A DNA stretch of 25,605 nt from a virus. Its lineage: Duplodnaviria > Caudoviricetes. The position numbers and the translations under genes are program-made. Below the pieces are notes generated by a model that saw nothing but the letters and a program-made list of their open reading frames with translations, made no database searches and was not told the origin of the DNA. Each line of letters opens with the position of its first letter. Within the stretch, counting starts at the first letter, position 1. Below are positions 1-6,499 of the stretch, piece after piece. The DNA is taken from positions 1 to 25,605 of the IMG/VR virus record IMGVR_UViG_3300031229_000011, one strand, 5' to 3'.

Positions 1-17
1 GGCAAGAAGAAGAAGTG

Positions 18-239
18 ATGTTCCTGCTGCTTGATACCAGCACCGGCAACGTCGTTGGTCGGTACGACAGCCTCGAGGAGGCCCGGGCGAGACGGAGGGA
101 TCTCGACGATCCAGATCTTCGGGTGATTTGGTGGGAGACCACCGGTGATGGGTACGGCGAGCGAGTGCTCCACGTCGACAGTCTCGACTGGCGGGAGCGG
201 ATCGAAGCGTTCTTCGCGGTCCTGCGGCGCCGTGTCTGA
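18..239 (+). CDS. hypothetical phage protein
   Basis: ATG at 18 overlaps TGA (16-18) of an upstream partial ORF ending GKKKK; high-GC3 codons; coupled to the next gene. Confidence 0.7.
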   Translation: MFLLLDTSTGNVVGRYDSLEEARARRRDLDDPDLRVIWWETTGDGYGERVLHVDSLDWRERIEAFFAVLRRRV

Positions 240-447
240 CCACCCGCACAGCTGGACTCACGAGCAGCAGACTGGGCACACCTTCTGCGCGGCATGTGGC
301 GTCCACAGCCCGCCCGACCCGAATTGTCCCGACAAGCCGTCGGCGCTGTGGACCCTGCTCGAGGACCCGGAGTATCGGAAGGTGCTCGTCGACATCGTCG
401 ATCGGGGCCTCAGCCGAGAGGCCCGGCGGCATTTCGGACGTGAGTGA
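232..447 (+). CDS. hypothetical protein, possible Zn-binding (H..CAAC..C)
   Basis: GTG at 232 in a GTGTCTGA overlap; restart of track ORF 145..447; SDHPHSW...FCAACG...PNCP. Confidence 0.65.
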   Translation: MSDHPHSWTHEQQTGHTFCAACGVHSPPDPNCPDKPSALWTLLEDPEYRKVLVDIVDRGLSREARRHFGRE

Positions 448-724
448 GCACCGGGCCGCGATTACGCCAGAGATCGAGAACGCCTACCAGAACTGGGCGG
501 CGGCCGTTCTGGACCTCCAGTTCACGATCACGCTTCCTGATCGGATCGGCACCTGGCGTCAGCCCCTACCACGGGTGCGCGGGCAGGTGGTGACGCGGGT
601 GACGGTCAGTCGCGGCGATCAGACGATCGACATCCCGTTCACCTTCAATGGCCAGACGGTCAATATCGTCGATCCTGTTTTCGCCAACGACGTCGTGACC
701 TTCCACTGGTCCGAGATCTCCTAG
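440..724 (+). CDS. hypothetical protein, SxHR..AYxxW paralog family
   Basis: GTG at 440 (GTGAGTGA overlap); MSEHRAAITPEIENAYQNW; N-terminus shared with 3820, 4868 and 5091. Confidence 0.7.
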   Translation: MSEHRAAITPEIENAYQNWAAAVLDLQFTITLPDRIGTWRQPLPRVRGQVVTRVTVSRGDQTIDIPFTFNGQTVNIVDPVFANDVVTFHWSEIS

Positions 725-803
725 TGCCTGGCGGCGATGGCTTTTCCTCGGGCCAAGGACTACCCTCCGCCCGACTAGCTCAGTAGTCAATGGAGGTGTT
801 GTC

Positions 804-1643
804 ATGCCCCTGATCGAAGGATTGCGCCAGCCGATCCCGCGCCGGAAGCTCGCCAAGGGCGAAGCGCTCCCGGACTTCGCGAAGGCATCCGACCCGGCCA
901 ACGCCAACGCCGACATGTGGGAGGGCGTCCCGGACCCGCGGAACCCGGCCCGGATTGTGCTCAAGAACATCAACCGAGCAGGCGTCGGTGATGGCCACGC
1001 CACCATGACCACCGGGCGCGAGCTGCCGAAGGGCTCCACGTCGCACGTCACGACGGGCTTCCTGTATCTCCTGCCCGCCGACCTCAAGCAGACCGGCCGG
1101 AACCTGATCCTCCAGTTGCAGATGAAGGGCTCGCCGATCGTGGCGATCTCCACGCTCAATGGCAACTGGACCGTCGTGGATCGGATCAACGGGACGATGA
1201 GCCGGAAGACCCTGGGGCCAATCGCCTGGGGCAAGTGGACGTACTTCGACGTCGCGGTGAAGCTCGCCGACTCCGGGGGCTTTGTCAAGGTCTGGTGGGC
1301 CGTGGACCGCCTGCCCGAACTAGCGCTGGCCCCGGTCCTCTCGAAGTCCGGCGACACCTGGCAGGGCGAAACCGGGCACCATACGATCGGCCAGTATTCC
1401 GGGCATTCCGATCCCGACGGGGAGTACACGGGCTACGTCGACGTGTTCGGCCGGGGCACGACGGCGCAGGAGGCCAGAGCGAAGGCCGGACCCATCGCCC
1501 CGGCCTCGACCCCTGAACCAACGCCTGACCCTGACCCTGACCCTGACCCTGAACCTGAGCCTGAGCCTGAGCCTGAGCCAACTGGCCCGACCCAGGCCGA
1601 GGCCCGCGCCGCGCTCGAGGTCCTGCGCCGCTATGTCGGTTGA
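804..1643 (+). CDS. putative polysaccharide lyase-like (beta-jelly-roll) protein with Pro-Asp/Pro-Glu linker
   Basis: GGAGG RBS at 792-796; LILQLQ...GKWTYFDVAVKLADSGGFVKVWW resembles the G.W.dF...vkw...G.v.vW pattern of Polysacc_lyase/heparin lyase I-like proteins; (PD)4(PE)5 tract near the C-terminus. Confidence 0.55.
   Translation: MPLIEGLRQPIPRRKLAKGEALPDFAKASDPANANADMWEGVPDPRNPARIVLKNINRAGVGDGHATMTTGRELPKGSTSHVTTGFLYLLPADLKQTGRNLILQLQMKGSPIVAISTLNGNWTVVDRINGTMSRKTLGPIAWGKWTYFDVAVKLADSGGFVKVWWAVDRLPELALAPVLSKSGDTWQGETGHHTIGQYSGHSDPDGEYTGYVDVFGRGTTAQEARAKAGPIAPASTPEPTPDPDPDPDPEPEPEPEPEPTGPTQAEARAALEVLRRYVG
1524..1577 (+). repeat. 9 x CCTGA(C/A/G) hexamer tandem repeat encoding a PD/PE linker
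   Basis: (CCTGAC)4 CCTGAA (CCTGAG)4 read directly. Confidence 0.95.
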
Positions 1644-1658
1644 GAAGATTGCTCGCGC

Positions 1659-1693
1659 CAACGCTTGACAAACGTCTGACAAACTCGGACAAT
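1659..1693 (+). promoter_or_regulatory. sigma70-type promoter with overlapping operator-like sites
   Basis: TTGACA 1665-1670, 17-nt spacer, GACAAT 1688-1693; CGTCTGACAA 1673-1682 and CTCGGACAA 1684-1692; CAACGCTTGACAA identical to 5281-5293. Confidence 0.7.
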
Positions 1694-1810
1694 GCTCACA
1701 GCGGTCGTGACCGGCGCCGTGATTTGCCGGACCGAAGGGGCGTCACGGCCCCGGGATGCGACGCCGGTACGCAACCGGCATAACCCAGCCAGGGTTCCAC
1801 GGAGGTCAAC

Positions 1811-2656
1811 ATGATCCAGACCACTCCCGCGATCGGAACGACCATGGCGGTCGAGCAGATCGATCCGACGAAAGCATCGGCGTATCTCGAGACATCCGGC
1901 GAAAACCGCCGGACGAGGACCGGCAAGATCGATCAGTACGCCCGCGACATGACTGCGGGCAACTGGCACAGCTCAGTGCTCCGGTTCGACAGGGACGGCA
2001 AGCTCGTTGACGGCCAGCACCGACTCTGGGCGGTCGTCGTGTCGGGCTCCTCACAGGTGTTCTACGTCGAGCGCGGCGTCAGCCCTGAAGCGATCAGGAC
2101 GATCGACTCTGGCCTGGTCCGGACTGGCGGCGACGTCCTCTCCATCATGGGCGAGGCCAACGCCACAACCCTCGCCTCAGCAATCCGCTACGCGCGCTGG
2201 TTCGAGAAGAACCCAGGATTCGCTCCATCGAGCCAAACCCGTGACCCGTTCAGCCCCGACGAACTGGTTGCCTACCTCAGAGACAATCCCGGCATCCGTG
2301 ACAGCGTCCGGATCTCCAAGCGGATGTTTGGTGTCGTCCCCTACTCGAGCAGCCTTGCTGGCGGACTCCACTTCCTCGAAGCCAAGCGCGATCTGGCGAA
2401 GGCCAACGAGTTCTGGAGCCAGATGCTATCCGGCGCGGAGATGCGCGAGGGCACTGGGCCATACATGCTCCGTAAGGCGGTCATAGCCGATCGGCTCAAG
2501 ATCCGCGAAGAGCGGATGAATATCAACGTCATTGCGGCCCTCTCGATCAAGGCCTGGAACGCCTGGGAGCGCGGGCGTGAGATCCGCATCCTGCGCTGGG
2601 CCCGTGGCCCCCAGTTCAACGAGGCCTTCCCAACGATCGGGGTGATCAACGAGTAA
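1811..2656 (+). CDS. ParB/Sulfiredoxin-like N-terminal domain protein (DGQHR motif)
   Basis: GGAGG 1801-1805; NR....KIDQYARDM..G.W....LRFD.DGKLVDGQHRLWAVV...IDSGLVRT.GDVL is typical of phage ParB-like proteins. Confidence 0.8.
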   Translation: MIQTTPAIGTTMAVEQIDPTKASAYLETSGENRRTRTGKIDQYARDMTAGNWHSSVLRFDRDGKLVDGQHRLWAVVVSGSSQVFYVERGVSPEAIRTIDSGLVRTGGDVLSIMGEANATTLASAIRYARWFEKNPGFAPSSQTRDPFSPDELVAYLRDNPGIRDSVRISKRMFGVVPYSSSLAGGLHFLEAKRDLAKANEFWSQMLSGAEMREGTGPYMLRKAVIADRLKIREERMNINVIAALSIKAWNAWERGREIRILRWARGPQFNEAFPTIGVINE

Positions 2657-3305
2657 GGAACCGCCCGCCACGACTGACGAGCCGGGACTGCGAGCGGCCG
2701 GAACCGACGTGCTCAATGAATGGGACGACCTGATGGAGCGGGTCGTCGGTCGTGGCACGGCAGGCATTCGGCCTGCAGAGACGGTCGATCTCGCCGATGC
2801 GATGAAGCGCCTTCGATCGGCCCTCGCCGCCACCCCTGCCGCCAGCGACGGGTTCTACGAGGACGGCCAGCGGATCATGCCGGACGATGGCGTGGGGCTC
2901 ACCCCTGCCGCCAGCGACCAGCGGCACTTCAAGCAATCGGTGAACGGTTGCGTTCTCTGTGACCGGCGGTGGAGCGACCACAGCGCGACGGAGACGCAGG
3001 ACGGGGAGCGCGGACCCGCCGTGTCACACGAACCTGTCAGCGAGGACGGTTTCGGCGTGCCGTGGGACGAAAGGGGCTGGCTCGACTCAGAAACGGGACT
3101 GCGAGCCGACGAGTGGATGGTCGATGAAGCCTTCCGACTTGTGGAGGCGGACGCCACGCTCGGAAGCGGCGACGTTCACCGAGGGATGGACCGGCGCGGT
3201 GTCTATCTCCGTTGGAACCGCGATGGGGCCGAGCCGGTGTATCTCGCCGAGGTCATCCGCGCCCTCGCCGCCATCCCTGCCGCCACGGAGCCGGTCAATG
3301 GATGA
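2649..3305 (+). CDS. modular hypothetical phage protein (start uncertain: ACG 2649 or GTG 2709)
   Basis: frame open from 2646; SD-like GGGGTGATC 2639-2647 precedes ACG 2649; internal repeated GLRA and ALAAxPAA segments. Confidence 0.6.
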   Translation, partial: TSKEPPATTDEPGLRAAGTDVLNEWDDLMERVVGRGTAGIRPAETVDLADAMKRLRSALAATPAASDGFYEDGQRIMPDDGVGLTPAASDQRHFKQSVNGCVLCDRRWSDHSATETQDGERGPAVSHEPVSEDGFGVPWDERGWLDSETGLRADEWMVDEAFRLVEADATLGSGDVHRGMDRRGVYLRWNRDGAEPVYLAEVIRALAAIPAATEPVNG

Positions 3306-3687
3306 CAGCCAGCCCACAACCCTCGCTGAGGCGGAGCGGATGATCGAGCGTCTCCGCGAGCAGAATCACGCCCATGCCGCGAAGCGCGACCAACAGATGC
3401 GGCTCCTTCAGCGTCGGGTCGACCGGACCAGCTCAGACTTCGAGTGGGCCCGGAGGATGGCCGCCAACGAGAGCTGGTGGAAGGGCTCGAGCTACGCCAA
3501 CAAGATGGTCATCACCGACGCCGTGAAGAAGGCCCGCAAGATCGATGTAGATCGGCTCGTCGCCGCGATCGATCATCACTTCGACTTCTGCCTCCAATCC
3601 CATCGCGACGAGGCTGGCATGACAGAGCTGGCCGAAGCCATCGTCGCCGAGTACGAGAAGCTCGTTGACGATCTTCCTGTCGAATGA
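3298..3687 (+). CDS. hypothetical coiled-coil protein
   Basis: ATG 3298 in an ATGGATGA overlap; MDDSQPTTLAEAERMIERLREQN. Confidence 0.7.
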   Translation: MDDSQPTTLAEAERMIERLREQNHAHAAKRDQQMRLLQRRVDRTSSDFEWARRMAANESWWKGSSYANKMVITDAVKKARKIDVDRLVAAIDHHFDFCLQSHRDEAGMTELAEAIVAEYEKLVDDLPVE

Positions 3688-3823
3688 CCCACTCTGCTAC
3701 AAGCTGCGTTGGCTGCGCTACCACTGGCGCTGTCTCGTGGCTGGGATCTTCGCCCGGGACTGGGAGGGTGTCGTGATCGACTACATCGTCCACATGGTCC
3801 GCTATGGCCAGGCCGAACGATGA
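3665..3823 (+). CDS. small hypothetical protein (52 aa, not in ORF track)
   Basis: TTG 3665; MTIFLSNDPLCYKLRWLRYHWRCLVAGIFARDWEGVVIDYIVHMVRYGQAER; high GC3; stop overlaps ATG 3820. Confidence 0.55.
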   Translation: MTIFLSNDPLCYKLRWLRYHWRCLVAGIFARDWEGVVIDYIVHMVRYGQAER

Positions 3824-4182
3824 AGATTCCGATCACCGACGCGGCCCGTCACGCCTACGAGGAGTGGATCAACCAAACCCGAACATTCCGATTCGTGGTC
3901 ACCAACAACTCGCAGGTCTGGCCGGTGGACGCCCTGCCCGACGAGGCGCTTCAGGCGGGAACGGGCCTCCGCGCCTGGATCACTCGTCCACACGGGCGGC
4001 CCACGCCGGTCCGGGTCTGGCTTGAGCCCAACACGCCACACAGTGGCTTCGGCGGGACCCATATCCGGGTCTGGCTTGAGCCCAACACGCCACACAGTGG
4101 CTTCGGCGGGACCCATATCTGGAACGCGGTCATTCTTGGGGACTATCCCCGGCCCGGCGACCTCGTCACGCTCCGCTGGTGA
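3820..4182 (+). CDS. hypothetical protein, AYxxW paralog family, with an 18-aa internal duplication
   Basis: ATG 3820; MKIPITDAARHAYEEW; C-terminus GDLVTLRW resembles NDVVTFHW of 440..724. Confidence 0.7.
   Translation: MKIPITDAARHAYEEWINQTRTFRFVVTNNSQVWPVDALPDEALQAGTGLRAWITRPHGRPTPVRVWLEPNTPHSGFGGTHIRVWLEPNTPHSGFGGTHIWNAVILGDYPRPGDLVTLRW
4010..4119 (+). repeat. perfect 54-bp tandem duplication
   Basis: 4010-4063 is identical to 4064-4117; encodes RVWLEPNTPHSGFGGTHI twice. Confidence 0.95.
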
Positions 4183-4532
4183 AGACCCCTTGGCGAGTCC
4201 ATCTCTGGCGCCTGGTAGTGACCATCTTCCATCGCTGGCCGATCCATCCTGGCTGGCGTCACCCGCTCCGGTTCTACGAGTTCGGCTGCATTCTGTGCCG
4301 CTACCAGTTTCGCCAGATGGCGGAGTACCTCAACGCCAACCCGTTCCCTGACAGGAGCGAGATCGTCGTGTCTGAGCCCACCTACGACGCCGAGGGCAAG
4401 CTCGTTCGTCGGGGCGTGCGGATGTCGGCCACAGTCAAACGTCAGCTCGATAAGATCATGGCCGACCCAGCCGGAGCCGAGGCCGTGACCAAGGCGATCG
4501 ACCAGATCGCGAGGGACAAGGAGGATGGATGA
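4179..4532 (+). CDS. hypothetical protein (Trp/His-rich N-terminus, CILC)
   Basis: GTGA overlap with the previous gene; ORF track. Confidence 0.65.
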   Translation: MKTPWRVHLWRLVVTIFHRWPIHPGWRHPLRFYEFGCILCRYQFRQMAEYLNANPFPDRSEIVVSEPTYDAEGKLVRRGVRMSATVKRQLDKIMADPAGAEAVTKAIDQIARDKEDG

Positions 4533-4705
4533 GCCCACGACGAACCGCAGTCGCAGCCCCAGCCCAGGAGCCCGACCTCGACGCGATCCTGGAGGCCGTC
4601 GCCCAGCTTCCGTTGTCGGACCTGGCTCGCCTCAACGCGCAGCTCGAAGAGCTGCTGCTTTCCCGCCGCCTCAAGCTCCAGCGCTCGGGGAAGAAGCGGT
4701 CTTGA
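4529..4705 (+). CDS. small helical hypothetical protein (58 aa, not in ORF track)
   Basis: GGAGG 4520-4524, ATG 4529 (ATGA overlap); MSPRRTAVAAPAQEPDLDAILEAVAQLPLSDLARLNAQLEELLLSRRLKLQRSGKKRS. Confidence 0.7.
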   Translation: MSPRRTAVAAPAQEPDLDAILEAVAQLPLSDLARLNAQLEELLLSRRLKLQRSGKKRS

Positions 4706-4881
4706 TCCTGCTAACCCGCGACGAAGTGTGGGAGATCGGCCGGGGCCAGATCCGCACGGTCGATGTCCAGCCCCACCAGGACCTCGACATCACAACCTTC
4801 GGTCAGTCCTGGCAGACCTTCCTGCGCAGCAACCTCGTGACCATCCGCTTCGAGCTGGAGGTCGATCGTGAGCGCCCATAG
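4702..4881 (+). CDS. hypothetical protein
   Basis: TTG 4702 in a TTGA overlap; 3' part of track ORF 4525..4881 (MILLTRDEVWEIGRG). Confidence 0.6.
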   Translation: MILLTRDEVWEIGRGQIRTVDVQPHQDLDITTFGQSWQTFLRSNLVTIRFELEVDRERP

Positions 4882-5098
4882 GGTCGATGTAGCCCAGGTC
4901 GAAGGCGCCTACACCGAGTGGGTGCGCGGACGCAACCTCGACGAAATGCCGCCCCCGCTCTTCCCCCCGCTCGACATCCCGTTCTGGTCTGGGTCGGTCA
5001 CCACGGCGAGCAACGTCACGATCGGCAGTACCGTCACCGGCGACGCCAACTTCATCGCCGCCGCCTTTTTTCAGACCTGGAACGGCACCAGTGTCTGA
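4868..5098 (+). CDS. hypothetical protein, SxHR..AYxxW paralog family
   Basis: GGAGG upstream; MSAHRVDVAQVEGAYTEW. Confidence 0.7.
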   Translation: MSAHRVDVAQVEGAYTEWVRGRNLDEMPPPLFPPLDIPFWSGSVTTASNVTIGSTVTGDANFIAAAFFQTWNGTSV

Positions 5099-5279
5099 GC
5101 ACCGGGCTGACACCTCGCAGGTCGTGGACGCCTACGCGAAGTGGGCCCGCGAGCGCCGGGTAGAAGACGGCGGCCGACTGCTCAGGGATGACATCGCGAT
5201 GTCGCTCGTGGCCATCCTCGCGCGGATGAACGCGCAGCTCGGCGGCCTCGGCGTCAACGTGGAGCGAAGGAACCGCTAG
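5091..5279 (+). CDS. hypothetical protein, SxHR..AYxxW paralog family
   Basis: GTGTCTGA overlap; MSEHRADTSQVVDAYAKW. Confidence 0.7.
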   Translation: MSEHRADTSQVVDAYAKWARERRVEDGGRLLRDDIAMSLVAILARMNAQLGGLGVNVERRNR

Positions 5280-5280
5280 A

Positions 5281-5315
5281 CAACGCTTGACAATGGTGAT
5301 ACGTTGTCTGACAAC
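5281..5315 (+). promoter_or_regulatory. promoter with palindromic operator TTGTCTGACAA
   Basis: TTGACA 5287-5292, 17 nt, GACAAC 5310-5315; TTGTCTGACAA 5304-5314. Confidence 0.65.
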
Positions 5316-5368
5316 ACGACATGACGGAACCCCTGGGCGGTTCGGTGATCGTGGTGAACGGAGGGCCT

Positions 5369-5722
5369 ATGGCCACGACCTACCGTCAGGGAGACGTCCT
5401 GCTCATTGAGCAGCCCCTCCCGCGGTCCTGGCTCCCGGTGCGACTGAGCAAGGTCGCACGTGATGCCGGGCGACTTGTCCTCGCGTATGGCGAGGTGACT
5501 GGTCACGCACACGTGATCGACGCCCCTGAGTCCGAGGCAACGTTGCTGTCCGACAAGGACAATCAGCGCTTCCTCAACCTGGTGCGTGACGTGGACCTCG
5601 TTCACGAGGAGCACGACACCATCAAGGTTCCCAAGGGCACCTACCGCGTGGTCCAGCAGGAGCAGTTCGTTCCTGACCCGGCCACCCGCAACATCGGGCG
5701 CTCGCTCCTGGTGGGCGACTGA
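5369..5722 (+). CDS. conserved His-rich protein (RQGD / GExTGHxH / HEEH family, usual partner of DUF6745 proteins)
   Basis: GGAGGG then ATG 5369; YRQGDVLL...LAYGEVTGHAHVI...HEEHDTI...GTYRVVQQ. Confidence 0.8.
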   Translation: MATTYRQGDVLLIEQPLPRSWLPVRLSKVARDAGRLVLAYGEVTGHAHVIDAPESEATLLSDKDNQRFLNLVRDVDLVHEEHDTIKVPKGTYRVVQQEQFVPDPATRNIGRSLLVGD

Positions 5723-5726
5723 TCCC

Positions 5727-6272
5727 GTGAGCATGGGCCTCCGAGTCTCACGACTCGTAATCGTCATCGGCTACGTCGTCGTGGGACTCGGAGTCGCGTT
5801 CTACTTCGTTGGGCCGTACGCCTTCATCCCAGCCCCGGGACTGATCTTCTTTTCGGTGCCGGTCTGGGAGTGGGTCAACGGCACTCGCACACGCGCGCGC
5901 GTGGCCGAGGAGGTTATGACGCAGGGTCGAGACGCCTTGACGTCAGACCAGATGGAGTTCATGTTCCGCGACCGCAAGCCTACCGTCATCGACAACGACA
6001 AGGCCTGGGGCAAGTTCGTCGAGGGTCGCGACACGATCTTCGGCGGGAACATCGCCGCCGTTCAGGTGACCAACGCCACACCCGAGCCAGACGGCACCTA
6101 CAAGCAGGTCTGGCTGCGCGTGCCCTCTCGAGGCGACCGGATGGGCGCCCGGATGTGTACGCACGCTGCCTGCGGCAAGGACATCAGCTGGCCCCCGCGC
6201 ACCGCGCGCGAGGCTGTGGCCTGGACCTTCCGGCTGTGCGTCGATCACTACGAGCCCGCGAAGGCATCGTGA
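5727..6272 (+). CDS. membrane-anchored protein with a DUF6745-like C-terminal region
   Basis: hydrophobic N-terminus LVIVIGYVVVGLGVAFYFVG; VQVTNATPEPDGTYKQVWLRVP...TAREAVAWTF...YEP; start GTG 5727 or ATG 5733. Confidence 0.65.
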   Translation: MSMGLRVSRLVIVIGYVVVGLGVAFYFVGPYAFIPAPGLIFFSVPVWEWVNGTRTRARVAEEVMTQGRDALTSDQMEFMFRDRKPTVIDNDKAWGKFVEGRDTIFGGNIAAVQVTNATPEPDGTYKQVWLRVPSRGDRMGARMCTHAACGKDISWPPRTAREAVAWTFRLCVDHYEPAKAS

Positions 6273-6273
6273 A

Positions 6274-6456
6274 GTGCGGGCCGTGTTCGTCGGCGGCTGC
6301 GTCATCCTCTCGGCGCTACCGTTGTTCGCGTTGTTCAGCGGGGCGTTCGACATCCCGCCGTTCCTTCCGCTCACCCTCCCCCAGGCGATCACCTTCATGG
6401 CCTGTGTCGGCGCGACGATCCTGGGCCTCCTAGCAACTGTCCGCAGCCTTGCTTGA
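6274..6456 (+). CDS. small membrane protein (2 hydrophobic segments)
   Basis: 60-aa hydrophobic ORF filling the gap. Confidence 0.55.
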   Translation: MRAVFVGGCVILSALPLFALFSGAFDIPPFLPLTLPQAITFMACVGATILGLLATVRSLA

Positions 6457-6490
6457 CAACGGCGCCTTTGTCAGACAAGATGTCAGACAA
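6451..6490 (+). promoter_or_regulatory. promoter with tandem TGTCAGACAA operators
   Basis: TTGACA 6453-6458, 17 nt, CAAGAT 6476-6481; TTGTCAGACAA 6468-6478 and ATGTCAGACAA 6480-6490; GGAGG 6491-6495. Confidence 0.7.
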
Positions 6491-6499
6491 GGAGGACCC

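Noticed and set aside
769-784. GCCCGACTAGCTCAGT looks like a tRNA 5' end
   Set aside because: No D-loop GG, anticodon arm, T-arm (GTTCRA) or matching acceptor strand follows; it runs into the RBS of 804
1583-1620. Possible third pentamer array
   Set aside because: The 5-bp phase breaks after about three units; ordinary GC-rich coding sequence
4010-4119. Possible CRISPR repeat
   Set aside because: Two abutting copies with no spacer, in frame within a CDS; no cas genes
4529-4705. Resemblance to the H-NS/MvaT N-terminal helix
   Set aside because: Only a generic leucine-rich amphipathic pattern
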